NCBI GenBank assembly: GCA_043228905.1
Contig: JBHGNT010000014.1
Location: forward strand, 15,686,001 to 15,750,000
DNA length: 64,000 nt
Direction of reading: 5' to 3'
Source of the DNA: Azolla caroliniana
Lineage: Eukaryota > Plantae > Polypodiophyta
Under the pieces are notes generated by a model. That model was not told the DNA's origin and ran no database searches. It saw nothing but the letters and a program-made list of their open reading frames with translations. Made by a program: the position numbers and the translations under genes. Shown here one piece after another: positions 40,401 to 52,565 of this stretch (within the stretch, counting starts at the first letter, position 1; every line of letters begins with the position of its first letter).

Positions 40401-40692
40401 TGGACAACCCATGTGCTTCCAGCAGAGGCTCCCCCCCCCCCCCCCCCCTCCCTTTTTTTTTTGTTTCTTCGAGTCGAGTGGCTGTCGTCTGTGTGCGTGA
40501 GTAGGTCCATTACCGGTTTGCCGGTTGTAACAGTTCGAGTTGTAAGCTACTGATTATAGTAATCGGATTCCTGTTTCTTGCTCTTATTTTCTTTCTGTGT
40601 ATCTGCAACTCTGTCTCTCTCTCACTCTCTCCTTGGTCCAAGACCCTCGTGGTTCCTCCTCTTCCTACACGCGAATGCGAAACTTCGCGACA
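34480..40692 (+). mobile_element. Ty3/gypsy LTR retrotransposon with tRNA-Trp PBS, integrase largely deleted
   Basis: LTRs 34480-35122 and 40037-40692 (TG...CA). PBS TGGTGAACCCGACGTGAA at 35127-35144. PPT at 40025-40036. Gag knuckle CMWCDAIGH, PR ALVDHG, RT LPQGGTNS/FLDD, RH VTVDTS, INT H..GH..C then truncated. Confidence 0.95.
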
Positions 40693-40982
40693 ACGTAGTG
40701 ATGGACAAAGACCCCCAGATTGCATGGCTAGTTAATTACGGAAAACAGTCAGCCACAACTAGCCGTGTAAATTGCATTGGACAGTAAGACAACAATTCCA
40801 ATTACACAGATAGAGACTTGGACAGATTTGACCCACAAAGATAAATATATTAATTGATTTAGATTCAACAATGACACAACTCACAGCCGGAGTTCTATTC
40901 TCATACAATCTGACAGATACAGTAATTCGCCCCTTTTGTCCCCTCATTCTTCTGATTTTGCCACAAAACCTGGGATCAAATC

Positions 40983-41600
40983 TTGCCTTTTGTCACCCAT
41001 GCCTACAATACATCCGTACAAGCATCGACACGGATCAACCCTTTTCGAGCACTCTATGGACGCGACCCGCGACTCCCACCAGAAACGTCCATTGACATCT
41101 ATTCTAAACCTGCCAACATGGATAGTGCTACTTGGGGGCTTTATCTCCAACAAATGCTCCCCCTCCTTCGACAAGCCAGCTCCCGAAATCTACAAGTCGC
41201 ACGACAACGTCAAAAGCGACACTACGACGTGGGTCGAATCACCCCGACGTATGCTGATGGAACCAAAGTCCTTGTTTACTTCCCGATTCGGCGGCGTGGT
41301 CTCAGTGAATCCCTCATGCACCGGTGGATTGGCCCATTCACCGTAATTCGTGCCATCAAGTCCACGACTTACTTACTCCGACGCGATTCCAAGGGTCGAT
41401 TCACCTCAGCCCATGTTGCCCGTATCAAGCCATATGTTACCCCAAGCCTATCTTCTAGCACCCCTCCTTCTCTCATAGCGTAACACTCCTTGTTTTTCTG
41501 AGGGGGGAAATGTGGTGTCCCTTTCATGCAAGAGCATGCATTTGAACACACCACTCTTTTAGCCACTCCCGTTTAGCACATCACCCATTTTAGCCCACCC
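40983..41600 (+). mobile_element. 3' end of a third gypsy element: integrase C-terminus, PPT and start of LTR
   Basis: AYNTSVQAST...PF..LYG and RWIGPF (GPF/GPY module). PPT GAGGGGGGAAA, then TG at 41511. Confidence 0.8.
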
Positions 41601-41953
41601 TTTTAGCACACCATTTTGGGACACGTGTAGCTAGGCCGTCCCAAAATGGGTTCTTTGTATCTTCTATATATTGAATGATAAGTATGAAGCTAGCTAGGCT
41701 GGTTTGGTTTCCTTTTATGTGCATTTCACAATATTTCATGATTATATTTCTTATCATAAAATCTAAAATATTCTAGAACATTCTAGATTACTCCATACAT
41801 TCGTTTCAACTCATTCGGTTCAACACCAGTCTTTAGCCCTTAGCCTACTCATTATAATCTTGTTTCATCATAATATAATCTCATTTCTATTTCAACTCTT
41901 ATCTCTCTCACTCTCTCTCACTCTCTCTCTCTCACTCACTCTCTCTCTCTCAT

Positions 41954-42021
<68 letters not shown>
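41954..42021. repeat. (CA)n microsatellite flanked by (CT)n
   Basis: Seen directly in the sequence. Confidence 0.97.
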
Positions 42022-42024
<3 letters not shown>

Positions 42025-43678
42025 CTCTCTCTCGCTCTCACTCTATCTTCTACCCATGAGTCTCGACAGTCCCAAGGATAACAGAAGACATGGTGCAAAT
42101 ATGTTGTGGAGGCCTAGCACCTCAGTTTGGCACCATACGATCGATAGTCCTCGTGAGGGAGAATCCTCCCTCCTTTGATCTCCAGTCAATGCTACTGGTC
42201 GAAGAAAATCACGTTCGAGCAATGAGCAATGTGCAAGAAGGACACATGCTCTATATCAAACTCGGATGGAGGGAGGGGCCAAAGTCGTGGAAGAAGAGGC
42301 CAATTGGGTCAAGGCCATCACATCCAAGAGCAACCCCGCGAACAGAACTTTAAATATTGGCAAGACGTTTCAAACACAGGAGGTTGTTGGCATAAAAGGC
42401 CGACTCCTTCCAACTTGTATCCATCTTAGTGTGGACTCATCAAAACGTTAGGGCTTAGTATATAAGCAATAACCTAATGTTGTAAAGGAACACTTGAACA
42501 TATTGTATATCGAATCTCTAAGAGAGAGAGAGAGAGAGAATGTAAAAAAGCTTCCATTAAAGCTTGAATCTGCTTAAGTCTCCGCCTTCTACATTTCTGT
42601 GTGTTGTTTGCTGAGCACTCGTAGACAAGTCCTCATACATTTCCGCATACACATACACTTCAACTGGTATTAGATCGACCTTGTTACTTGGCGACAACAG
42701 ACAACAGAAACAACTGAAAGAAAAGACCAAGTCAGTAAAATCTTACTTTCACAGATAAATATGGCTTCAACATCAGGAACAGGAGTTGAAATCAGAAAGT
42801 TCAATGGCAAAAAATTTGCACTTTGGAAGGAGATGATGCAGGATGTTCTAATCATCAGAAGACAAGTCGAAGCTATTCGACACAGCGAAAAACCTACATC
42901 AATGACAGTCGAAGAGTGGAAATCGATAGACGAAATCGCTCGCTCCACCATCCGAATGCATCTGGCCGAAAACTTCTATTTTAGCATGGCAAAGGAGACG
43001 ACATCATTATCACTGTGGAAGAAGTTGCAAGCCGTGTACGAGAAGAAGTCCTCATCTTCAAAATTGATTTTGATCAAACAACTTTTCAACATAAAGATGA
43101 GAGAATCCGATCCGTCTACCTCCCACATCAACACCTTCAACCGGGTGCTGTCAGAACTCTCCTAACAAGGGATAAACTTCGAAAAAGAAGTGAAAGCCCT
43201 TGCCCTCCTATCGAGCTTGCTAGCGAGTTGGGAGGTATACTGTATGACATACGCCAACAGTTGACCAATCCTAAATCTAGATGAGACAATCGGCCAAGTC
43301 CTCCCCGAGGACATTCAATGAAAATCGATGGGACTTACCATTGATGAATCGGCAGAAGCTCACCACTTGACCGAGTCAGTCGACCGACAGAGTCGATTGA
43401 AAGAACAAGCCGACAGAGTTGGTCAACGCTATAGTTGATCGAAAACGAGGGGAGACTGACAACGGTCGAAGTCAAGAACGAGCCGATCAAGCGAATTTTG
43501 CACACATTGCAGCAAACCTGGCCACAACGTTTGCGACTGCTGGTTGATCAAGAGGAAAAAGAGTGGTCGGCGATCTGAGTGGAATCGAGGACGACCCGAT
43601 TCGGAACACTCTCCAATTGGCAACCAAATCAACGTTGCCAACTCCCAATCAGGAGAAATTCTTTCCTTAGAGGATTCA

Positions 43679-44971
43679 AAGTTTTGTTGATCATACGATC
43701 ATCGACAAGGAGTGCGAATGGTGTATCATCGGTGCACGGCTTAGAGAGCATGAGAGAGAGAGAGAGATTAAACCTTCATAACTTAAATTACTATAAGGAT
43801 TAAAACTTAAATATAACTAAAATATCTAAAACTATAATGAGAAAGGGAGAGAGGGCTAGTCATTAGGTATTAATTAAAAAGAGAAACAAATGTTACTAAC
43901 ATGTTAAGAGATAGAGAGAGAGAGTGGGTGATTAAGAGCAAAGCTACTACTAATTATCATTAAGATTAGAAAAGAAAAGAAATTACATGGGGATATGGTC
44001 ATAAGCAAACTAGTTTCGCCCACTATGGGGCTCATCAGTGCTAAAATGACCATTAGGGTTGAATAGGTTTATATAAGGAGTTTTAGGAGAGGGTTTAGAG
44101 AAATGACAATAGGGAGTGCGGGTGTGTGCTTATGGATATGATTTGGAAAGGGGAAGATTTGGAGAAGAAGGAAAAGGATATTATGAGCTTTAATGTGACA
44201 AGGGGGAGGTTTTGGTATAAGGAAATAGAGGTTATAATGTTGAGGAATAAGAGAAGAGAGAGTTAGGATATGAAATGTAAAAAGAGGGGAAATATTAAAA
44301 GGGGAGTTAAGATTGAGGGGGAAATAAGGGAAATCAGTGAGATGATGAGAAAGGAAGGAAAGAGGGAGAGAGAGGGAGAGAGAGAGAGAGAGAGAGAGAG
44401 GGAAATGAGTAGACATAAGGGGAGTGAGTAGATCTACGAGGATCAAGGGTGGGAAAACGAGAGAAAAGTAAGAGAGAGAAAGAGGGTAGAGAGAGGAGAG
44501 AGATGCACGTGTAAACTAGACAAAGTAAGAAAGAGAAAGGAAATAGGAGAGAGACAAGTGTGGGGAAAGAGGAAAAAGAAAAAGGGGGAAGGTTATAGAT
44601 TTAGGAAGAGGATGGGGAGGGGTAGAGTAAGAAAAAGTAGAACATGGGTGAGGGTAGAAAAACAAAAATAAAAAGGTGGATAAAATAGGATAGGAAAAGA
44701 TTTTGAGAGAGGGAAGGAAAAACTAAGAGAGGGAGAAGTGATAGCTTAAGTGTGAGAGAGGAAAAGATTTAGAGAGAGGAGGGGTGGGGGTAGGGTGTTT
44801 AGTTTTTAAGAAATGAGGGGGGGTGTTTAGGGGAGGGGTAGAGTGGTAATAGGAAAAAGTGGGAGGAGGGGTAGAAAGGTAATTTTGAAAAAGTGAGGGG
44901 GAAGGGTAGGAGGGTAATTAAGGGTAATTTAGGAAAAGTAATTTAGGAAGGTAAGGGAGGGGTACGGGGTT
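43679..44971 (-). mobile_element. Strand-asymmetric insertion carrying a hammerhead; probable Penelope-like (pLTR) or retrozyme-like fragment
   Basis: 1293-bp insert, purine-rich on the plus strand, flanked by a 165-bp direct duplication of copia sequence (43514-43678 and 44972-45136). Confidence 0.6.
43995..44053 (-). ncRNA. Minimal type I hammerhead ribozyme
   Basis: Minus strand reads AUGGUCAU-uuu-AGCA CUGAUGA GCCC-cauagu-GGGC GAAAC-ua-GU U UGCU-u-AUGACCAU. Both core boxes, stem I (8+4 bp), stem II (4 bp) and a palindromic mini stem III are present. Confidence 0.88.
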
Positions 44972-45270
44972 AAACCTGGCCACAACGTTTCCGACTGCTG
45001 GTTGATCAAGAGGAAAAAGAGTGGTCGGCGATCTGAGTGGAATCGAGGACGACCCGACTCGAAACACTCTCCAATTGGCAACCAAATCAACGTTGCCGAC
45101 TCCCAATCAGGAGAAATTCTCTCCTTAGAGGATTCAGTGATCGGAGAAGTCCTCTACAGTGCACAGGATCACATACGTGGCTACTAGATTCCAGTGCCAC
45201 ATTTCATGTGACCCCCAACATTTCTAACTATTCGGCCGCATTTCCAGTGCTACATTTCTAACTATTCGGC

Positions 45271-46050
45271 CAATGGTGTGTAAGGAACGGTTTTTTGATG
45301 CCGGATCCCTTTGTTGGATAGGTACTGCTTGAAGGCTCTGGAGGTATATTCGCCTCCGTTGTCGGATCAGAGTGTCTTTACTCTGTGTCCCGACCAGTTC
45401 TCCACTTCAGATATCCACCGAGTGAAGACCTCGAGCGCTTTGTCTTTGGACCTAATGGAGTAGGCCCAGACTTTGTGTACAATCATCTACAAAGGTGATG
45501 AAGTAACGGGAGCCTCCTAGTGATTGTTCTGGCATGGGCCCACATATATCAATGTGCATGAGCTCTAGGGGCTGTCATACTGTCTCGTAATGGAGAGAGT
45601 GCAAACTTTGGGTCTGTTTCCCATGTCGACCATGCTCATAGAAGTTCTTCTTTGCTTGGATTTTAGGGATGTAGCCGACCGCCATCAGCCGATCAAGTTT
45701 AGCTTGAGACATGTGACCGAGTCGGCCATGCCATAGGTTTGGGTCAGTCTTCTCGGCTACATTCATGGCCCCTTATGGATTGATCACCATTAGCGGGTAC
45801 ATGTTGTTGTACTTGTGCCCACTCCCGATTTTGAGGTTTCCCCTACTAATCATCCATATCGACTCACTTAGAGTCGTTCGGTACCCATCTTCGGCTAGCA
45901 TGCCGATGGAGACCAAACTCCTTCTCAGATTGGGTACGTGCCGAACTTGGTGCAGGGTTATTATGTTGCCATTTGGCAATGTGATAGGAACCTCTCCGGT
46001 TCCAGGTATTTTGCACTCCTACCCATTTCCTAGTCGGACGGTGCCGCTAT
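45271..46050 (-). other. Internal inversion of the copia B protease/GAG-pre-integrase/integrase-core segment
   Basis: Plus-strand WLLDSSATFHV is followed on the minus strand by VRLGNG...VRHVPNL...LWHGRLGH...VPYTP. The plus strand resumes with QNG at ~46051. Confidence 0.9.
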
Positions 46051-47822
46051 GCAAAATGGACTAGCAAAATGGATCAACCGAAAGATCTAGGAGAGGGTGA
46101 CGGCAATGCTCTAGCAAGCCAGACTAAAGCTGGAATTCTGGGCCGAGGCATTGCAAACGACAGTATACCTGATAAATCTGGCGCTGTCTAGAGCAATCAG
46201 GCTCGAAGTGCCCCAGGCACTATGGTCTAGCAAATAGCCGACCTACGATAGGCTCCGTATATTTGGATGCAAAGCCTACGCGTTCATCCCTAGGGATAAA
46301 AGGACAAAATTGGCACCCCATGCAACGAAATGCATATTTCTTGGTTATGGAACCAATGGGGAATTCGGCCACAGGCTATGGGACCCTGAGAACCGGAAAC
46401 TAATCCGGATCAATGATGTAGTCTTCAATGAAGACTCTATCTTGTCTCAGTAGAACCACCAGAGAATAGTTGGTAAGAAGGTATCCTTCGAAGATGACAG
46501 AGTTATCATAGAAGAACCGACCCATCAAGCCGAATCAGAGATTCGACAAACAGTCGAACTCGAACAAGCTGACAACATACCTACCGACTCCGTATCGGTA
46601 GGAAGTCCGCTAGTCGAACTCGAAGACAAAGCCATCAACGACAGAGCCAATTCAACAAGAGTCGAATCATACAAAGTCAACAAGATGCGAGTAGGAGACA
46701 AAACCGAGTCGACAAAGTCCAAAGGGGAGGACAACGTGACACCACCGAAATCCCGACTTGGGGGTGGGTCACCTAAAACACGTTCACATTCACAAGTGGA
46801 AGGATTGCGCATTCCACTTGTAGAATCTTCTTAAAACGAAGCAAATACACCCTCTCTACAAAAATTGGATGCACTAGTATCACATGTTCCTCAACTTGAT
46901 GAGAATTTGCAAATATAAAAATACATGATAGATCTACGAGTGGAGATCATTAGAAATCATGCAAGTTTAGACACGTTGATAAGTTAATGTAGGCATAATA
47001 AAGTTCAACTATGGCTCAATATGTCACTACTGTGCGACAAGGGAAACACTAACTTAAAGACTTATATTAATTAGGTAAGTTTTACAAAAATATCAGGTGT
47101 ACTTGTATCCATACTAATAAAATGAGTTATAATTTATACTTTGACCCATACGTGCATGTATGTAATTGTGGAAAATGTAGGATACTGCACATTAGGATAA
47201 GTGATTGGAATAACTAACTTATTAAAGTATTCAATACTTGTATTTAAAGTTGATCTAATCTATTCCTCAGTTTGTTCATATGGGATCAAACCATATGTAT
47301 ATAATTGTGGACAATGTAAGGCAGTGAACTTTAGGTTAATGTCGTGGAAATAACAAACCTATTAGGCTTTCATACCTGTATTTAAAATTGATCTACTCTA
47401 TTGCTTAGGTGATTCACACAGGATCAAACTCCGAACGATAACGCAATTGGAACCATTATCAACACACTACACAATCTAAGCAGCAATGGAATAGAAACAT
47501 AATAGTTTTAACAATAGAAGACAAAGATCCATAATAACAACATGGACAGTCATGGGAACAATTATAGGGCCATGTTCTGTTAAGGTTAGCTTGGACCAAA
47601 ATCAGCCTCAATTTAAACTAATTTATTTTTCTCCATAAATTTGGTAGTCAGTTATGCACGCGGTGAAACCAATGTCATAAATCTACTAACCAAGTATATA
47701 AAAATAAAATTGAAACATATAGAAGCTTATAAAGAATAGAATCCACTAGGTAAAACCCAAAATTTGTATTAATAATGTGAAATCCTAACAAATCGTCAGT
47801 GTCATTTTCTTCATAGAGTCTA

Positions 47823-50800
47823 TTACATAGCAATCAATTCATCAACGTCATTTTCTTCATCATCTTGTGTAGAACTCTCTTCGGCTATACGTGCATTGGC
47901 TTCCCCTGTTAGCCGAGCCAACGAAATATCTTCTATAAGCTCATCATCAAGCTCTATTAGCTCCCCCGGTTCGCCGGCTAACGGAGGAATAGGCTCTCGC
48001 GAAGCATGTTGAAACCTTTCTGTATTAGCGAGGTTCTTTGCACCGACCTCCTCATCCTGGTCTGGGCACTCCCACAAAGCCTTAATCCGCATATTAATAA
48101 ATATAACCTGGTCCTCGTCCTTCTCCAATGCAACTGTATTTCTAAAAAGCTTCAATGCACATGCAAACGTCATTCTTGTGATGTAAGTAACAAGAAGATT
48201 TAGTTGTCAAACGAAAAAAAAAGGGATTGGTTATCTCAAGATCGTTACCCTAGTTCGAGGATTACCTGTGCTAGAAAAGAGATCTAATATACAGTCTCCT
48301 TCGATAGAAAACATCTCGATCAAGCGCATCATAAGTCGTTGAGGTTTTTGGTATGGGTTGACAAGTCCCCGTTCTGTCGTGGTGACATGTCGCAATTTCC
48401 GTGTCACTGCTGGATATACCAACAGATTTGAACCTCCCACTTCATTAGAATGCTCCTTGATTCTCTGTTTCTTAATTTCATCGAAGTAGCCAACCGTGAT
48501 GTATTCAACGGCATTAACGAACCGAAAAGTTGGCCCTCTATTTACATTGGTCTTGATCCTATAAAAAATAATACATCGAGTTAAGAATAGATTGAACAAC
48601 CTTAAGAAATGCAATATAGTGAAAGACACCTATAAATAATCCTTACCATGCAAGGTTCTCGATGCCATGGCAACGAGATCTCAAAGCTTGAGCTACCGAG
48701 TACCCTTGGTCCATACTATGAAAGACAACTATTCGCCACAAGGATGCAGTCGTTAGCTCAGCGAAATCCTTGACCATCTTCTCCAATTGTTTAAACCTAA
48801 ACGGTTCATCGTCGTATGATGACCCAACCATTCGAAATCCGTAAGGAATATCCGCAATCATTAGCGTATATTCCTTCTTTGGCACCTTTTGGATCAAGTC
48901 GACGACATCACCGCAAACCACATTGTAGTAAAGATCTCTCGTAATATCTTTTTTGTGGCTAAATTTTTTAAAGGAGCCATCTTCCTCCATTTCATACGCC
49001 TTGACTAAGCAACAATCCTTTTCTTTTCTGGCTCGCTCGAGATGTGCAAGGAAGGATGTAGGGAAATTGTGTATATCCTTAACTTCTCCTTGTTTCTTGC
49101 CTCGACACGGTTTCTAATAGAAGCAATAGGACATCATGTATTATTATACAAGCTCTACATATGATGAAAGGGTAATGAAAAACCATCAATACTAACCCAA
49201 TCCTTGAATGCAATAAAATACTCTGATAACGCCTTATATGAAGACGTTAGAGGATAATCCTCGGTCACTTGTTCCCAAGTTATACGTCCAAGTTGTTTCA
49301 TCATAACTTCTTGGATCTTCATGTACACCTTATGACTATAAAATTAGAAATCAAGATTAGAACTTTGAATTACACTAGATAGACTACAATTTCAGTATTT
49401 GAAAGACTTACTCATTGAACTCAGTGACCATTTCTTCAAGGCTTAAATCTTTTGCCACAACCCTTGACAAAACAGACACAAGAAGTTGCTCGTCCTTAAT
49501 ACCTTGCATCGCTCTCCACAGAGACAGCTTCATGTCGTTTGCCGCTTCTTCAATTGTCAAGTCAATTTTCTTGGCGGCTTGTGACTTTAACTCTAGTTGA
49601 GGGTCAACCTTACATTTCTTTTGTCGTTGACCCTTTACCTCCTTATTCTCCCACATTGAGAAGATTTCATCTTGTAGGTCCCATACTTCTCCATCTCTAA
49701 ACGCCAATTGAAACCAAGACTCATATTTTCGAAGACCATCGGACTTAACATTATCATCTACCACAATGCCGACTTCATGCAGACATTGACGTCGTAGGCC
49801 TGGATGTAACTTCACACCAAACTTTTGTTTCACGTCTAAATACTCGTGGTGGAAGAATCGTATATGCTCAATGGACGACATTTTCTGCCTATAGTCATTA
49901 TCATTATTATGGTCCCATGCCAACAGCTTAGCCTCTTCGGTTGTGAGCCTAACATAAATTTTGCACTCAGCATACTTGAAGAAGAAAGTCGTTGGATGTT
50001 CTCTCACAAGTTGCCGATGTGCCTCTGCTGAATGCGATCCACCAATGACAAAATAATTATATTGATCATGCTTTCTAATATCAAAATCTTCAATGGTTTC
50101 ACATTCTTCAGGATCTACCATAACAATAAATGGCACCACAGTGGCATGAGGATTAATTTTCATTTTTTTCTTGAGATTTTGAACATGCATGCGATGTGGC
50201 TCTCTAATCTCAAGTGGTCGTCGACCTGTTTTTTCATCAATAGGGGGCCGATGGACGTGTGTTATAGGCAAATTAAACACTTGCCCTTTCTTGACCAGTT
50301 TACATTGCATTAACTCTCTCCTTATCTTATTCTGCTCGGATGACAAAACACCCGATGCCAGATCAGCTCCTGGCGTCCCCTTATTATCCTCCTCTTCGTT
50401 TTCACTTGTTGAATCGGTGTCCGACATTTTGGTTGTCTTCTTCTTTGGTGGTCTTGATTGGACTTTGGATACCCTTTTTGTGGCCTTCAATGGGGAGGGC
50501 ACTTCATCTCTTAGAGTTACATGACCTTGTATATAAGGCCTCAAGGTAAGAATAAGGTTTTGTGAGCTTTCAAGATCTTTTTTGAACACTTCTAGCCCAC
50601 AAGATTCCTTTACTAAAAGGTCTTCTGAAAGGAACACTTTACGTACCCCCTTGGAGCACTCTATCATTACCAGTATGTTGGCTGAATCTGCATCTTCGTA
50701 GTCAAATCGTAGAATACGGCCATACATAAATGGGGTTTCCTTTCCAAGCTGCCCCTCCCCCTTCTTCTTTGTTGTATACAATACGACTTTTTTCTTTGAG

Positions 50801-52016
50801 TCGACATATTGCATACACCATTCCTTGTCCGTTAGATCATGGTCAGGAAGGTCTTCACCTCCTGTAGCGGCGACAAGTTTCTTTTGGCTAACATCAATAT
50901 GTGGCTGAGATTTTGTCTCCTCGTTGAAGAGAAGCTTTTTTCCTCTCTTCATGGTCTCAGGAGCTACCTTGGTCTGGGCTTCGATTGGAGAACCCTGTAT
51001 GCGAAGCTTTATTTTCTTCACGGGTCGGTCCGACAGGTTCTCAAACGACCTATTTAAGAAAGTATATGCAAAAACATAAGTTAGGTGGTCACGTAGATAT
51101 AAAATATATATATGAAGATGAAGAACAGTTCTCACTAGCAGGCGATTAGTGGTGAAGTGAAAATATCAATCATGCATTCAGAGTACATGGTAGTCCTATA
51201 TTCAAAAATCTATTCTAGGCAGGGCTATTCAAACTAGAAAATATATATCGTAATAAGTAAACAGGGTTATATATTCTTTTAAAGAGTAGGTATGACTTAT
51301 ATAGATTTCAAACCTATATTGAGGAGAATTTGCTATCATAAAGGCAAATTGTGGATCATTTTCTACTATTTTAAGCTATAGTAGGTCATAAAACACCTAT
51401 AATTAGGGCATGTTTTTTTTTTAAAGTAAGGCAAGTCAACATAAAAAAGATTGATTTTGACAGACAATTTGATATCTTTTCCACACAATAATTAATTGTT
51501 ACCCCAAAAACACAATTTTTCTCTTTCAAAGCCTTCTTTTATACAAGAACTCGATACGGCGTATCGAGTTCCCATTTAAAACCTAAACTTTAAACGGGAA
51601 CTTGATACGCCGTATCGAGTTCCTGTGCTTTCTTTGCTTTTTAAACAGGAACTCGATACGTCGTATCGAGATCCGTTTAAAGTTTGGATTTTAAACAGGA
51701 ACTCGATCGATACGGCATATCGAGTTCCTGTTTAAAGTTTAGGTTTTAAACAGAAACTTGATACGCCGTATCGAGTTTGTGTTTAAAGTGTAGGTTTTAA
51801 ACAGGAACTCGATACGCCGTATCGAGTTCCTGTTTAGAAAGCAAAAAAAAATTATGAACTCAATACGCCGTATCGAGTTCCTGTATAAAGTTTGTATTGT
51901 ATATAGGAACTCGATACGGCGTATCGAGTTCTTGAGCGACAAAACATATTTACAAAAATGTCCACAGTGTCAGAGGCCTACCCGGAGTCCTCACGCTCGA
52001 TTCTCTTTGAAGACAT
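47823..52016 (-). CDS. ParB-like domain fused to a beta-class DNA amino-methyltransferase (N6A/N4C), 6 exons, ~974 aa, possibly recently inactivated
   Basis: Exons 52016-51982, 51049-49412, 49335-49197, 49113-48647, 48558-48266 and 48175-47823 join in phase with no stops. The last acceptor reads AA instead of AG. MTase motifs are in beta order: CGDVVDLI, LMIADIPYG (IV), AWIK...EYI, NPYQKP.RLM.RLI, ILDLFSSTG (I), RNTVALEKD. ParB-like core: YFVIGGSHSAEA. Confidence 0.85.
51547..51931. repeat. Array of eight 25-bp palindromes (GAACTCGATAC-GNC-GTATCGAGTTC) at ~51-bp period
   Basis: Copies start at ~51547, 51598, 51649, 51699, 51754, 51805, 51856 and 51907, separated by ~26-bp AT-rich spacers. 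Confidence 0.95.
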
Positions 52017-52157
52017 GGTTGATCGTGTGGCAGTGGAGGCGGAGATCGCGCTTTTGTGCTTTGTGCCCTGTGTGCTTTGTTTGGTCTGTGTGCTCTGTAC
52101 GTTCTGTGTGCTCTGTATGCTCTATACGCTCTTGTGAGTGAAATATGACGAGGTCTT

Positions 52158-52565
52158 CCTATTTATAGGGATTGACCACATTGGTTAAAGTAACCATAGT
52201 CACCTTAACCAAGGTTGGTAAGTTTGAGGATAGTTAGTTGGTAACCACAGTCACATTAACTAGAGTAAGTTATAATTGCATTAATGATTACAAAGTCAAA
52301 CTAACATATTGATCAATCTTTTATAGTCATAACAACGTGCAATGACTTCAAAGGTCATGAAGGAGACAATGATAGAGGTTCATGAATGTACCAATGATTG
52401 ATTACTAAAAGCAACAATTTTTATGACTCTCAAATGTTGTGTATTAAAGATGTGGGCATGAATTAACCAATGATTGATAAGTCTAATATTTAAAATGGTG
52501 AGCATTAAAGAACCAATGAGTGAGAGGTTCTATATCCAAATGGGTGCCATTAATTCGCCAATGAT
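52158..52565. promoter_or_regulatory. Candidate bidirectional promoter: TATA for the MTase gene and repeated CCAATGA boxes
   Basis: Minus-strand CCTATAAATAGG at 52158-52169, ~140 bp upstream of ATG 52016. CCAATGA at ~52391, 52467, 52513 and 52558. Confidence 0.5.

Noticed and set aside
47157-47429. Diverged ~139-bp tandem duplication downstream of the MTase gene
   Set aside because: Real, but only two AT-rich copies with no evident function.
51547-51931. CRISPR array (palindromic repeat plus constant-length spacer)
   Set aside because: The spacers are related to each other, including as reverse complements. No cas genes are present, and the context is a spliceosomal intron in eukaryotic DNA.
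47823-52016. Bacterial or phage contamination as the source of the MTase
   Set aside because: The gene has five phase-consistent spliceosomal introns and a TATA box, and lies between the matched LTRs of a plant copia element.
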